A stretch of 63,914 nucleotides of DNA, filler included, from Rhabdomonas costata (GCA_019059605.1; 50 parts of 50 records of this genome joined end to end with filler, not necessarily neighbours in it), one strand, 5' to 3'; counted from the first letter of the whole stretch, positions 1-13,299 are shown. Notes: generated by a model from the sequence alone, not told the origin. Numbers and translations: made by a program.

Positions 1-575
1 TGGGTGTGTGCTTCAGCCGAACTGCTGGGGGGGGGGGTGCCATAGCCGAACTATTGCCGCAAATTCTTTTACCAAGAGACGCCGTCGTCCCAAATTTACG
101 TGATTGATGTAAATGGGAAGAGCGGGACAGTGACGAGTAAGTTGAGTGATTTCCCATCGGTTTCGTATGGAATATGATTGAAGCTACCATTCACACTGCG
201 TCGGCGAGATTGGGAGCATCACGGTTGTAAACAACTTTTTGGTGACGGAGCCTGGTTGGCCTTTCGGCTTTCATTGTGTTGGGCAAACCGGGCTCAAACA
301 CAAACACCTCCAACCTCGAGGGTGCGACAAAAAAGCGATTCTCCACTGGTCCACCTGTCCACTCCATACTGGTCAGAAAGAGCTGCACCCATAAATCAAC
401 GGAAAGCACCACACGGTGTAGGTCTGGTTCCCACGGGGCACTTATGGACAAATACATGGAGCAAACATCCCCACCAAACAGCCACCTCCAGGCTCTGCAC
501 AACCCCTCTCATGCGCACCAAGCATTTACACATGCACATAGGGTGCCTCGGAGTTTAAGGCACATCCACACGCAG

Positions 576-755
576 CTCTCGAGGTTACCACGCTTACTCT
601 CCGCCCTCGGCCTTGGGGGTGCCCTGCCTGAGCAGCAAAGCCTGCTGCTCTTCTTCGGTCATGGGCGGTGGCAGCTCACCTTCAACTTCATCCAGCTCAT
701 CCTCCTCTTGGTCCGGGTTGTCATAGTCCTGCTGGCCTTCCAGTTCCCCCTCCTG
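576..755 (+). CDS. Internal exon of a hypothetical membrane protein
   Basis: cacgcag|CTC...CTC CTG|gtgagt encloses a 180-nt open exon with the hydrophobic segment LTFNFIQLILLLVRVVIVLLAFQF. Confidence 0.5.
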
Positions 756-1181
756 GTGAGTGCAAATCCGCGGACAAAATGTAACTCGCCCAACTCTGAG
801 GAGGGGGGTGACGGTCACCAATAGTAACAGAAAACCACTCACCATTCCCCAACCTCCGGAGCATCCGAAAACTGCAAGGACGTGACATAAGATCTCCCGG
901 AACCCGAAGAGTAAAGAAAAAAGACCGGCCCGCTGTGGGGTGCTTGGCGGCATCCACAGCCGCTGAGTGTCTCCGGTGCAGTGTGCACCTATTCACAGCT
1001 GTGAATAGGTGCGCACAACAAACGAGTGCGAGTGCGTGATAATTCCCAATATTTTGATACCCCCACTGATCCCACACCATCGTCTTAACACACTAGCAAA
1101 GGTCCCGAAAATCGCATGGAGCACGGGAATGAAAAAAAAGGTTTCTTTTTTTTTGGGGGGGGGTGCGTTGCCACAACACCC

Positions 1182-1281
1182 NNNNNNNNNNNNNNNNNNN
1201 NNNNNNNNNNNNNNNNNNNNNNNNNTTAATTAATTAANNNNNNNNNNNNNNNNNNNNNNNNNNNNNNNNNNNNNNNNNNNN
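1182..1281. other. Artificial contig spacer (N44-TTAATTAATTAA-N44), first of 49 recurring about every 1.28 kb
   Basis: An identical 100-nt linker with stops in all six frames separates inserts of about 1175-1182 nt, consistent with length-sorted concatenated contigs. Confidence 0.99.
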
Positions 1282-3946
1282 GGTTTTTGGGGGCCTCCGC
1301 ACTTTGAGTTGCCGTTTGATACACTCCGTTTCAGCAAAGGGTATAGACCGTCTTCGAATGGCTTCCCCGCCCTTCTTAAAAGAAGCCATCTACACTCTGC
1401 TTCCACATCCTCTGCACCATTCACCTGCCTTTAGATCACCACCATGATGGTTCACACTTTTTAAAAATGTCCAGAATTGTTATGTACCAAACTTAAAGCC
1501 GCACAGCAGTAAAAAGTCAGCGTAAGTCAAACTGGGACTGTGCATATGCATGTATCATACGTCGTCGTACACGACCACAGTAATTGCCCCCGACTGCAGC
1601 GTCTCATAGATCCGGAAGCTGGTGCGGCCAAAGCCCCGGGGCCATAACACGAAGCGGGCACGCCGCAGGGCAGCCTTCCAAGGCAGCATGTTGGCAACAT
1701 ACATTGACGCGCCAAGAGACCGAGATCTCTTTTTCAGGGCAGGATCAGTTGTGTGTTCCTACCCTATTATCGAAATCTCGTGTTACAGTTCCTCATCCAG
1801 TGTGATGATCCAGAAACCCAAGGTTGGGGAAAACAAAATTGCATTGGACGTCGACTTTCGCAGGCAGCTGTTTAACAAAAAGGAAACAGCTTCGGCAGTG
1901 ATTTGGAGCACAAGCAGTGTTTTCGGGTGGAAGGGAAGAGCACCCAACCTGAATAGAGGCATTCAGGCGGCTGGAGTTGCGCGTTGCCTCAGCGAAGACG
2001 GTGCGGACTCCAACGCGTGTCTTGCCGCCGTATACCAGCAGAAGGTCCCTCCTCGGAGCCGCGGCCTTCGAGGTAAGATCCCCTGTAGCAAATGAAATGT
2101 AAGAACTATGGAGCATATGACAGTATGAGGTTCCAGGGACCAAGTTTCTGACCGGAAGCCCAGGACTGATGATACAACCTGACAAGGATGGAATTTTGGC
2201 TCGAATTTTGGCTTTAGATGGTGGAACCCGCTCGGGTGAAGCTTGTCAAAGAAACTTTCGTGTTGCGCAAGTGAAAGGCTAGCATCTAAAAAACTCATAC
2301 AAGAGAAGGTAGTCAAGAAATCAAGATTATGGCGCATTCGAAATCCTGAGTTGAAGAGCACCTCGCGCACGATCCGGGCGGGGTCATACGGCGCTATGAA
2401 CGGCATTTTGTCAAGTGCTACGCAAGCAAGCAAGCAAGATATAGAGAGTGTGACACAAAAACNNNNNNNNNNNNNNNNNNNNNNNNNNNNNNNNNNNNNN
2501 NNNNNNTTAATTAATTAANNNNNNNNNNNNNNNNNNNNNNNNNNNNNNNNNNNNNNNNNNNNGTGTTGGTTTCCCTGAAGGCGGGGCATTGTCCGATGGT
2601 CTGCCGCTGAATTTAGTGTGTTTGGCCCTGGAGGCCCGCGAGCTCATGCGGAAGGGAAAAAATGGTGAAGTTTGGTCGGAGGTAAAGTCCCAGTATAATG
2701 GCAAGTAAGGCCGGGCAACGGAAGGAAGGAAGGAAGGAATCAAAAAGGTGGGGCAGGTATGCGGGGCATAACCGAACAGAGGAAACATTCCGGCATATTG
2801 CGGGGCGGGGAAACATGATCGCTGGATAAACGGCCTTTTAGTGCCGGAATCATTTTCCAGGAGTTCGGCTTGCAGCCTAGACAATCAGATCCGTTTTGGT
2901 TACGCGCTGGAAAGCGGCAACGCAGTCAAAACAGTCAAACAATGGGCGGAAACGCGCAATGTAAAATGCTCAACAACGACGGGATGAGGCATTCTTCCTG
3001 CTGATATTAAAGGGTTCGCAGCTTGCGCATTGCCCCATGCAAAAACAAGGGGAGGCGAAACGAACCGTCTGCAAATGCTGCGTACGCAGAAACACACAGC
3101 GACAATGCTGACAGTACCCCATCCCCCATCCCCCCATCCCAGAAAAAAACCTTACGGTTCCCAAGTGTCATGCGCTTTGAACCACTCCCGGCACCGGTTT
3201 CGTTTCCAGTAGTGTGGCAGGCTCAGCACTCAGCTGGCGGCAGGCAGTGGAAGGAAAGTGCAGTATTCGCTGAGGGGGATTCGGCGGCAGCGGCTGCTGT
3301 TCAAAGGTGCATGGGCAGAAGATGGCCACCATCCTCCCCTATGACGGGGTGTGCTTGAGGAAGTCCACAAAGCTGGTCTCACCCCAGAGACTGGCGTCCT
3401 TCTTGCTCAACCCAACGGCCCCATCGGCACGGTCCTACGGAAACGGATACACGGTACAAACACCGAGTGCAAGAAAACCAGCATCCACGCAGCTCCACCA
3501 AAGACGTCTGATGCCAAGCGAACACTTAGAGCGACTTAGAGTGAAGTTTGCGCATTTTTGGGGGGTTGGGGGAGTCGCACATTCGATCGGACTTGCCAAA
3601 CCCTAATGCTAAATGAGCCCATCCTACTCCCTGCAACACCAACAACCAACCAGCCAACGCGAGGACGAGGAGCGAAGACAAACCAGTGCGCACATATAAA
3701 TCAAGCCACACACACACACACACCAACCACACACACCCAACACNNNNNNNNNNNNNNNNNNNNNNNNNNNNNNNNNNNNNNNNNNNNTTAATTAATTAAN
3801 NNNNNNNNNNNNNNNNNNNNNNNNNNNNNNNNNNNNNNNNNNNGGTTTGTGGTCAAAGAAACATCTGTGGGGCCATCCTCCTGCCTTCTCTTTTCGAAAA
3901 ACACCTTTGAGCTTTCCTCCAATATGTGTGTGTGTGTTGGTCATGC

Positions 3947-4820
3947 CCTCGACGGCCATGGCGTAGGCCCTGTCCTGCTCCTCCAGGCTGCACACCGCCA
4001 GCACGGCCGGGGGGTAGCGCTCCTGCATCACCCACTGGTGGGCGTTCACCGCCAGCTGCATCCCTGTGGAAAGGAAAGCATCAGAGATCAAGCCCAAGGA
4101 AAGAAGGGCGACTTGAAACCAAGCGTCCACTGGAAAGCGCCGGATTGCGCAGCAGGAAGACAACGACAAGGAAATTGGCAATGAGGGGGAGGGCGTGTTC
4201 TTCTTGAAATGGCAACGAAATGACAATGTGATGATAGTTGATGGAGGGGGGGTGACTGTTTATTGGTAACGGCTACCAGTGCACCGGTGGTAACCTTTAT
4301 CAATCATAACCGATAGCACAAGGTCACCCGTGGTGACAGAATCTGATCAAAAACCGTTGACTTGTTGGTTTAGGTTACTGAAGCCAACACCCTCTGACTT
4401 ATGGAGTGTCCTAGGGCACCGGCGAACCACCGCGGGTTCGAGATGCGCTAATCTCTCTTTTTCCCCACGGGTCGCGGGCCTTGCCGCCTTCGGAGAGAAC
4501 GAAGCCGTTGAGTGCCGGCTCACCGCCAAACGTTCCACGTGTGGTAACCTCTCTTCCCCTTAAACACACCTTCATATATGTGTGTTTGCGGTGCGTGGTG
4601 CAAAGGATAGAATAAAGGATGTACCCAGGGGCTTGGTCAGCACCAGCACGTCGCCCGGCACGGCCTCTGTGGGCTTCACAAAGTCCCCCTCGGAGCGCAC
4701 TGCGGAGGCCACCCCGCCGATCAGGGGCCAGGGGTTGAACACCGTCTGGCCTCCCAGGCACCGCGTGTTAGCCAGCGCGCAGGCATCCGCAAAGCCCTTC
4801 ATCATGAGCTGCGTGCACAC
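3947..4820 (-). CDS. SEPHS: Selenophosphate synthetase (SelD/SPS), two internal exons (4820-4625; 4063 to about 3947)
   Basis: Spliced translation ...GGQTVFNPWPLIGGVASAV...AVPGDVLVLTKPLG|MQLAVNAHQW...AYAMAVE matches the SPS/SEPHS signature. The GT-AG intron 4624-4064 is phase-consistent. Confidence 0.93.
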
Positions 4821-5147
4821 CTGTGTGACGCGAGCCCCAAAGGAAGTGACAGTTGTGTTGGCACCTCTCAGATGATGTTGATATTTCATAAATATAGAGA
4901 CCTGATAACATTGAATGGCTTTATATGTTTTGGCGTTAAACGTTTTGTGCCCCCACACTCACAATACCACAAACACTCGACCGTAGTCCACAGCCCAATC
5001 ATAAGGACCTCTGTGAAAAATGAANNNNNNNNNNNNNNNNNNNNNNNNNNNNNNNNNNNNNNNNNNNNTTAATTAATTAANNNNNNNNNNNNNNNNNNNN
5101 NNNNNNNNNNNNNNNNNNNNNNNNGTGGTGTTTTTTGGCGGCATTAG

Positions 5148-5664
5148 CTTTGACATCTACAAATCTTCCCACGAGACGCTGGGCAAGGTTCTTGCAGGCG
5201 CGTCCCTCGGGGATCGCTATCTCTGCGCTCTGCGCTACAAGGTGCCCCGTGAGCCCCGTGCACGCTGCCACTTCCCCTTTCATTGCATTTTTCATTGCGC
5301 CTTCTGGATCCACTTTGAAACACAAAAACATGAACACGTGGCAAGTTGCGGGGAACGTGGGCGTGGTGTAATGTAAGAGAACTGGAGAACACCAGCAGTT
5401 GTCCATTGCACGCCTCCCACTCTACGATGTGTCATATGTGTGCATCGTTATCAGGGACGTGCCTGCTCTTTTACCGCCCACCCATAGCTGGCCACGGAGA
5501 AGCTCCTGGCCGCGGAGCACGCACAGACGGAGTACCTTCACAGCACCGTGCAGACCCTGGTGGTGTCGGAGCGACAGCGGCTGGAGTTGTCCCGGACCAT
5601 CCTGCTCTCCATGGTCACCGACTGCCGCGCAATGTTGCTGCAGCAGCTTCAGCTTTTGGAGCAG
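5148..5664 (+). CDS. Two exons (5148-5241, 5488-5664) of a hypothetical helical/coiled-coil protein
   Basis: AG/GT-bounded GC-rich open exons join in frame (...YLCALRYK|LATEKLLAAEH...SERQRLELSRTILL...LLEQ). Confidence 0.5.
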
Positions 5665-6040
5665 GTGAGGAGGGATTGGGGGGGGTCTTTCCCATATGAT
5701 TCTGTGAGGACCTCTTTCAAATCAATAGGACTGGGTGGGCTTTGGATGTAGATGTTCCTTTTTTTTGGTGTGCATCTGGGATTGCTTCAAGGCATAATGT
5801 TTACATATTTTCGAAACAGGCATCGTAGGGAACGGATTCCGAACGAGTTTGAATTGTGCGATTTTATCTTTGCTTCAACCCAACCCCGCAGTATATTTAT
5901 GCGGGTGTGTGCTCTTACTTTTTGTGCGATGGTTGCTTTTTCGTCTTACAACAAGGTCACGTCGCGACGGGGGGGGGGTGCTGCAGACCTCTGATGCCCT
6001 TGGACTGGTGTCGATTCCAGATGATTCCGCTGGTGCCCAG

Positions 6041-6100
6041 TCCTCCTCCTCGTCGTCGTCATCGTCGTCGTCGTCGTCATCCTCCTCATCCTCCTCTTCT
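6041..6100. repeat. (TCC/TCG/TCA)n trinucleotide low-complexity tract
   Basis: Visible tract reading poly-Ser on + or poly-Asp/Glu on -. Confidence 0.85.
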
Positions 6101-7166
6101 AGTGGCTCCACCGAAGCCAACGCGGAACCTGTTTCGGGAAGGTCTCCTCCGCAGATTCCGTTCTGTTCTATAGGTGTCATTTGAGAGGGAAAGTCACAGC
6201 CGCAGGCACCATTCCTCAGAAAACATTTGAAACTGCCTGAAAGTCTCAACGCATTCACGGCGTGTTGAAAAAGGCAGGAGCCCACTTGTTTGCATACCAA
6301 AAAACNNNNNNNNNNNNNNNNNNNNNNNNNNNNNNNNNNNNNNNNNNNNTTAATTAATTAANNNNNNNNNNNNNNNNNNNNNNNNNNNNNNNNNNNNNNN
6401 NNNNNTTTGTTTGTGTCAACGCTTGTGTCTTGTTTTCTGCGTTCACTTTCGTTTTATTTGTCGATACACTGTCCATTCGTAACGTCATCACGGCCTTCCT
6501 TTGCTCGAAAGATAATAATTGGAGGAAAAGGAGAAGGACGGTGGATGACGGACGCATTTTCTTGGAAGCGTTGTCGGCAGTGTGCCCCATGCCCAGCTGG
6601 TCTTTTTTCTCAATTGGGGCAACTGCTCCATAGGTACTCACAAATGCTGCAGTTGTGTTGTGGGAGGTTGTCCTAGTTGGGATAGCCAGTATTTTTTTTT
6701 TTGCAGTCTCCTTCTCGGTTTTCGGCAGCATTTTCCAAAAAAAAAAAAACGGCAAAACTTTTGCCCCTGTCTCCTTTTTATGGTGGTTGGCATGCGAACC
6801 GTCTCAAGTCCGTCGGGTGTACCGCAGTTTTCGTGTCAGAGGATTGTTTGGCTGTGTCTTTTTTGAGGTGATGGTGGGGTGAGGTTGAGGGGAGGAGCAT
6901 TAAGGTTTAAACCTGTGACCCGGCAACTCGTTGCCCAGAGCTCATGACACATATGGCTCAGGGGGTCTCTTGCCGCATGCTTGTGTTTGACATTCCGCCA
7001 AGCCCGTTTCCTTCATGGACCTTACCCCCAATCCCAATAATCATTCCGGGCTGTGCAAACTTGACGGCGTCTTTGGCTTGAGTTGTTGCCAGACTCAGTT
7101 TTTTCTTGGTTTTTCTTGGCGTACACACCTCACACCACCGTTTCCCGGTGCCTTTTCCAAGAGAAA

Positions 7167-7283
7167 ATGGAAGCGCCGCCAGAGGTTTACGTACTTCGAT
7201 CAGAGACGGAGGTAGGGGCCCTCTTGGCGCAGCTGGTGACACCAATCTGCGAGGCTGCTATCCGCGACAGGGGCCGCTTTACG
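7167..7283 (+). CDS. PGLS: 6-phosphogluconolactonase, first coding exon
   Basis: MEAPPEVYVLRSETEVGALLAQLVTPICEAAIRDRGRFT|gtgcg matches the 6PGL N-terminus just before the LSGGS motif. The ATG is preceded by a pyrimidine tract and AG. Confidence 0.7.
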
Positions 7284-9979
7284 GTGCGACTACCCTGCCG
7301 CCCCACTCGTCACCGGACCACGCAAATGGTCCCAACGGCCACTTCTGGGTTTTAGTTTGCTTTTGGTGTGGTATCCATGCCTCCTTGATTTAGGGGGGGG
7401 GGCGGGCGGGCGAAATTCAAAGCTTGTTTTCCAAATGCCAGCTTTCAGGCGGGGTAGAAGAACGCCTAGAAGTTTCATATCGCTTTTGATTGCAGGTGAC
7501 GTCAATCTCGAAAGTTTTTTTTCTCTAAAACTCTAAACTCTAAATACTGTTTTCCTCGAGCTTCGGAGCCGACAGGACCCAAAAACNNNNNNNNNNNNNN
7601 NNNNNNNNNNNNNNNNNNNNNNNNNNNNNNTTAATTAATTAANNNNNNNNNNNNNNNNNNNNNNNNNNNNNNNNNNNNNNNNNNNNTGTGTTGTTGGCAG
7701 TATTTGTTGCTGACTGTTTCTCTTTTTGAAGTGCATTCTTTTGTTGTCCAAGCCAGGCGGTGTTACCCGTCCTCTTTTATTTCAGAAATGTCCTGATGGA
7801 TTGTTGTTCCACAGCGCCCGCCAACAGCAGGAGGGCGTGCGGTTCAGTCCTGACGGTTGTTGCCGAATAGTGCTTTGGCGGGTAAACGACACACCGCCTT
7901 AGAGATAACGGGAAGCATGGCTCCAAAGAAATGATTACCAAATTTTCTAACCAGGTTTCTGTTGCAACCAACGGATAGCTTACCGACAGCTTAGGAGGCG
8001 CAAAAAATATAAAAGATGACCCAATTTTCTTGGGGCTTTGCTTCACAATTCCTCTTCTCTTTAGCCCTTTAGCTTCTTGGCAGGTCGGGTACTGGAAAAG
8101 ACGACGAAGAAACCACAAAAAACGATAACTGCGAATAGGATAGGGACGAGCACAGCGCAGCACACGGAGGAGAAAAGCGGTCTTCTGCAGCCGAATTTCG
8201 CGCCATTGGCCGGCGCCGTGCCCAAGGGGGCGTGATTTTGGGGCGGCAGGACAGGAAGTACAGAAGGGAAAAGGCCACTCCAAGTTAGGCGTCGTATTCT
8301 TTAACGGCACGGCGTTTAAAATCGACCGCATTGACCCATGCACAATTGTTCACGCCACCCAAAGCGTCAATTCAGTCGCACGCATGCCCTGTCTCATTCG
8401 GCTTTACAAACGTTGGGACACCGACTTTACTTTCGCAGTGCCTTTCGTGTTTACCGACTGCGCTCCTCGAAGGGGTTCTCGGGGTTTATCGCTCGCTTTG
8501 CCCCTTCCGTCTAGCCGCGCGCCTTCATGCGCCCGGATTAAACAAGTCCCTTGGGGAGCGGAACTTCCGGCGATGTGTCACACTCCAACTATGCTGCGGG
8601 AACTCTTACGTGGCTCCTACCTCTTTGGGTGGTCGTGCCTCTGGATCCCACTCGGGATGGACTGTATCCCGACCTTGCTTGCACAAGGTGGGCGCTGCCT
8701 CGGCTTACCTAGGTGTCTTGGCACCTAGAACTGGGCGGAGGTCTCTTCCGTTAGTCCGGGGGTCGCTCTGGTACTCTCTGCGGGCGTCGCCTTTCTGAAA
8801 CGGGGGCGGGGGTGCCAACCACTTTTCGATTTACCAAGCCGCTTCAGAAAGGCGACGCCCACAAAACNNNNNNNNNNNNNNNNNNNNNNNNNNNNNNNNN
8901 NNNNNNNNNNNTTAATTAATTAANNNNNNNNNNNNNNNNNNNNNNNNNNNNNNNNNNNNNNNNNNNNTGGGGAAGGGGGTTCCTTTCTTTTTCTTTTTCA
9001 GTGGCCGGCTCCCCCGTTAGTTTGGGTTTTCTCTCGTTGTGCGCTCTTCCTGTGTGTTTGGCCTGAGGAGGAAGACTGCTTGGTGCGATCAACCTATAAA
9101 TCTCGTTCGAGTCTTGCTTGCTGGTCCAGTGTTCACAATGTATGTTTCGCACACACACACCCCCTCCCGCCTTTCTTTTTTATATAACTCCTTTGTTCAC
9201 GCATGCGGACGTTTCGCATGAGTCGTAAATGAATTGTAGTGGGAGTGCTGACTCTACGCAAATGTCTAAGGAAGACATTGATGCGTCTCATTTTTTTGTT
9301 GCTTTGCGAACCTTTGGTTGTGCTCAACCTGGGATGCACAAGTAAAATTACCCATGATTGAAACTTTCTGCGCCCTCTGGAGAGTGCGAAGAAGGAGCGC
9401 TGAAGTGAACGGCATACTACTGACAGCGCAGCTCTGCAAGTACGCTGACGAACACCAAGTGCCCTGTGCAACCACTATGACCCTCCCCCCCACTCTCTGA
9501 CACCTTTTGCAACGGGCCTTTTCTTTGGGTTAAATGCTCTGAGGGTGCGTGTGTGTTGCACAGGTACGGTTCTCGCCTGAACATTGACGTCACGAACCGC
9601 CCGGGCCCCGTTCCAGGCCGCGCTTCGACCCCGTCTCAGGCCACCATCTGCGGCGCTGGGTACCTATCACCACCACCCACCCACCCACAAGCCTCACCCA
9701 CACACTCACGCTTATAACGCTGTCCATCAACCGTTCAGCCTCGAGCTGGCCGTGGCCAGGTTACGAACGAAGGCCTTGCTTGTGCACACCGTCCTATAAT
9801 TCCCATTATCCGCCCTTCTTTGTCATCAGCGTCTGAGTCTTGCTATAAAATCTTCGCAGCGGTATTTGTACGTCGACCTTTTTCACCATGAAATGCGATA
9901 AACTCCCATTCTCCCAAGGTTTGGGACCAACGTTTGTGTCCTCCTTGCGTTGCAAGACGCATTCTTCTTTCTTTGCCAG

Positions 9980-10148
9980 GTTTGGGTTCCTGAACTACGT
10001 CCAGGAGCCCGCCGCGCACAAGACGTGGGGCGCCGTGTCCGCGGGGCCGGAGTGGGACAACGACCTGGTGCTCTCGGAGACGCACTACCACCACGGCGAC
10101 CACCACCACAACCACCACCAGCGCCACATCCACCACTTCCACCACCCC
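9980..10148 (+). CDS. Exon of a hypothetical protein with a His-rich tract (partial)
   Basis: Acceptor ttgccag| followed by FGFLNYVQEPAAHKTW...HYHHGDHHHNHHQRHIHHFHH with GC3-rich codons. Confidence 0.5.
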
Positions 10149-12858
10149 NNNNNNNNNNNNNNNNNNNNNNNNNNNNNNNNNNNNNNNNNNNNTTAATTAA
10201 TTAANNNNNNNNNNNNNNNNNNNNNNNNNNNNNNNNNNNNNNNNNNNNTGTTTGTGTTCCTCTGCTCAGAGAAGCACAAGAAAGCCGCACGGACGTGATG
10301 GACCAATGGCGGAGTAGCTGGAATCACATCAAGCAGCAGCTTGCGGACGCAGTGGCGCGCCTGGAAGCGGGGGCGAATCAACGGGCCAAAAAGGCCGCGG
10401 AAGAAAAGCTGATGAGGGTACTTGAGGCACTCTCCCGTTCCCTATACGAAGCCCTGAACGTGCAACCCGGCTCCTCCATAACGTTGATACGGGATGCCGG
10501 GAGGAGAACAGATAGGACGTGGCCGGGGAGCCGAGAGACAGGGAACGTGAGAGAGAAGGCAGGAGCCGAGGGATGGAGAGCCAGAGAAGGGACGGGCAAA
10601 GATGGCTGCGGGGATCAAGCATGGAGCATCCAAGGGAGGATAGAGACACAAAGCAGGAAAGGGACCCCCAAGACTCCCAGGGGCGAGACATGAAAGCCGG
10701 AGCCTAAAGAAGCGAAGAAAAGCACGTGTGCCCCAGGAGTACGATGCTGGCAAGGGATGGCATGCAAGTTCCAACGGTCTCTTTGTGTCTCTTTGTGCAC
10801 CCGAGGGAGGAGCGCCTTGAACGAACCCGCGTAGAGACGGACCCAGTGCACAGAGGTACTAGCGGACCATCGAGCATCGTAATCATCGAAATCAGAGCTC
10901 CTACGCTACCACCAACGGGAATCGACAGTACTCGCGGACGCACCAGGGCAAGCAGTCGGCGAGGCAACCCCGAGGTAGAGGGCAGGAATAGCCCGTAATG
11001 AAACTATAGAGTAATGTTCTGGCACGGCGACGCATGTATATACCGGTGCTGCCCGTTCATCCATTCGAAAGAAAAGCTCCAAGGGTCGTTCCCGCGAGAA
11101 AGGGCCCCGGTCGCCCAAGAAAGGAGTGTGGAGTCTCAGAGACCTGAGCAGGAATGGAACAATGCAGGTAGCCGCCGGAAAAGAGCAGCTGCGCGACAAA
11201 GGCCCGGGACCTGTGTGGGGCAGAAAGGAGGTTACCAGATGTGGAACGTTCGGCGGTGAGCCGGTTCCGGTTCCCCACGGCACCGCTCGCTCCAACGGCA
11301 CCTCGAGCACCGCGAGCACCCGTGGCCGACAGCACGTGCGCCAGTCAGTCTAGAGTGGTCACCACCAACCAACCCGTAAACCAGGCAACAGCCAGCGGCC
11401 GGTAAACCAGCCAATGCGTCCAACACCACNNNNNNNNNNNNNNNNNNNNNNNNNNNNNNNNNNNNNNNNNNNNTTAATTAATTAANNNNNNNNNNNNNNN
11501 NNNNNNNNNNNNNNNNNNNNNNNNNNNNNTGTTTGTGGTCATTGTAAGCACGAGATTGTCGGAAGTGGCGGGCCATCTGATATGGTCCATTTTTGGAGGT
11601 TGGTGTTAAGCTAAATACTGTCCGTATTTGTGAGGAGGGCAGCGCCCAAGATCTTAGACCGGGCGGTGACAAAGTGCGTGTGGATTATCTTTGTATGGAG
11701 TACCCCAGTGCGTGCATACTCTCTCTTGGACTCCGGGTACCAGTACGCGTGTCCGAATCTCAACGTTTTCTGAGTAATTCTTTTTTTAAGAGCCGGGGTA
11801 AGGTCAACTCACCTATGTCTTTGTGTGATAGTGTTAGGTCAATCAGCTATTGCTCGAGAAAGTTAGGCGCCACTCACATGGCTCTCAAGAGCCAATCCCC
11901 GCTTCTTTCCTCGAAACATTTCCAAAAAAAAATCGAATTTTCGTGCTGAATAAGTGCACCTCTACGTGTAGGTGCAGCACCTTGGAAACAAGCCGCGGCA
12001 CAACACATCTGTTTTTGTCACGGGTGAAGCTGATGAATTGCCGCGACACGCACACACACACATACGCACGCGTACACGCGTAGCGTTCTTCAGCAGCTTT
12101 GAATCCACCGAGCCTTCATTACGCAATACACCACGACACAGAAACCAGAGACGAATTTGCTGGACTCGGTCACTTCTGCTCCCATTCTTGATTCCTGATG
12201 ATTGGTGAATGGTGTTATCGCCCTAGTAACTGCTCGCGGTTCCCTGTGACACCGATATTGTTCTGTTGAAGCTGCTTTTTCCGTGATATGTTCCTGCTGT
12301 AGGTTTGGGTTGAATTTCTTTCTCTGGCTGTCGCTTTGAACTCTGAGTCGCCACAGGTGCTTCTGGGGCCCCCAGATTGCCTCCCCCATCAGCCCGCAGA
12401 AACTCTTCTCAAGGCTGTGATTAAGGAGTGTGACCCTGGGGGCAGCGTGTCCGTCGGGGTTGACGTCCCCTTGCCGTCCCCCGCAGAGGTGGAAGTCGTG
12501 GCGCGGTGCTCTACCACGGAACACTCCTCGGTGTGTGTGTCTGCCGATGCCTGAAGTGTGCTTCCCTTTGCTTCCCAGCACTCCTTCCCACCTGCTTGGA
12601 CTGGTAGCCGTGGTCGCTCTCGTCCCTGGTCTTCAGTGCCCAATCCGACTCCTCGCTTCTCTTCCGCTTGGTGTCGCACTTGGTTCATGACATCCAATGC
12701 ACCAACACCCNNNNNNNNNNNNNNNNNNNNNNNNNNNNNNNNNNNNNNNNNNNNTTAATTAATTAANNNNNNNNNNNNNNNNNNNNNNNNNNNNNNNNNN
12801 NNNNNNNNNNGGGGTGTGGTATTGTTGCATCTGGATTAATTTTAAATAGAATACAAAA

Positions 12859-13299
12859 ATGATACAAGATGAAAAAATACTTGTTAAAAAAATTAATCCA
12901 GATGCAACAATACCACAGACATATCTTGATTCAGCAGGATATGATCTTGTTTCATGTACTGATGGAACAATTGAACCATTAACAAGAAAAAAATTGGATA
13001 TTGGTATACAAATTGCAATACCAAACGGTAAATATGGAAGAATTGCTCCACGTAGTGGTTTAGCTTTAAAATGTGGTTTTGATGTATTAGCTGGTGTTAT
13101 TGATTCAAATTATCGAGGTGAAATTGGTGTAATACTATACAATACAGACAAAAACCATGTTTTTGAATATAAAAAGGGAGATAAGATCGCACAATTAATA
13201 ATCGAAACTTGTCATAATTATATATTCGAAGAAACAAATGATTTAGATATTACACAAAGAAATAAAGAAGGTTTTGGATCTTCTGATAATAATAAATAA
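12859..13299 (+). CDS. dut: Trimeric dUTPase, intronless and AT-rich, probably from a giant virus
   Basis: Complete 146-aa ORF with all five dUTPase motifs: SAGYDL, IAPRSGLA, GVIDSNYRGEI, GDKIAQL, RNKEGFGSS. Confidence 0.97.
   Translation: MIQDEKILVKKINPDATIPQTYLDSAGYDLVSCTDGTIEPLTRKKLDIGIQIAIPNGKYGRIAPRSGLALKCGFDVLAGVIDSNYRGEIGVILYNTDKNHVFEYKKGDKIAQLIIETCHNYIFEETNDLDITQRNKEGFGSSDNNK

Noticed and set aside
594-953. Acidic minus-strand ORF (DQEEDELDEVE)
   Set aside because: It is the antisense shadow of the hydrophobic plus-strand exon 576-755, which has proper splice sites.
963-972. CTGAGTGTCT resembling the core of the euglenid spliced leader
   Set aside because: Only 10 nt match, and the flanking leader sequence and donor site are absent.
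1226-1237. TTAATTAATTAA recurring at ~1.28-kb spacing, superficially like a CRISPR or regular array
   Set aside because: It is always embedded in N runs and is an artificial six-frame-stop linker. ORFs ending in XXX-LIN are artefacts.
8782-8860. 18-bp perfect inverted repeat resembling a terminator or TIR
   Set aside because: It abuts the contig end, and the homologous repeat copy at about 32860 lacks the second arm.
10295-10693. Coiled-coil ORF possibly from a retroelement ORF1/Gag
   Set aside because: There is no diagnostic motif, so it cannot be supported.
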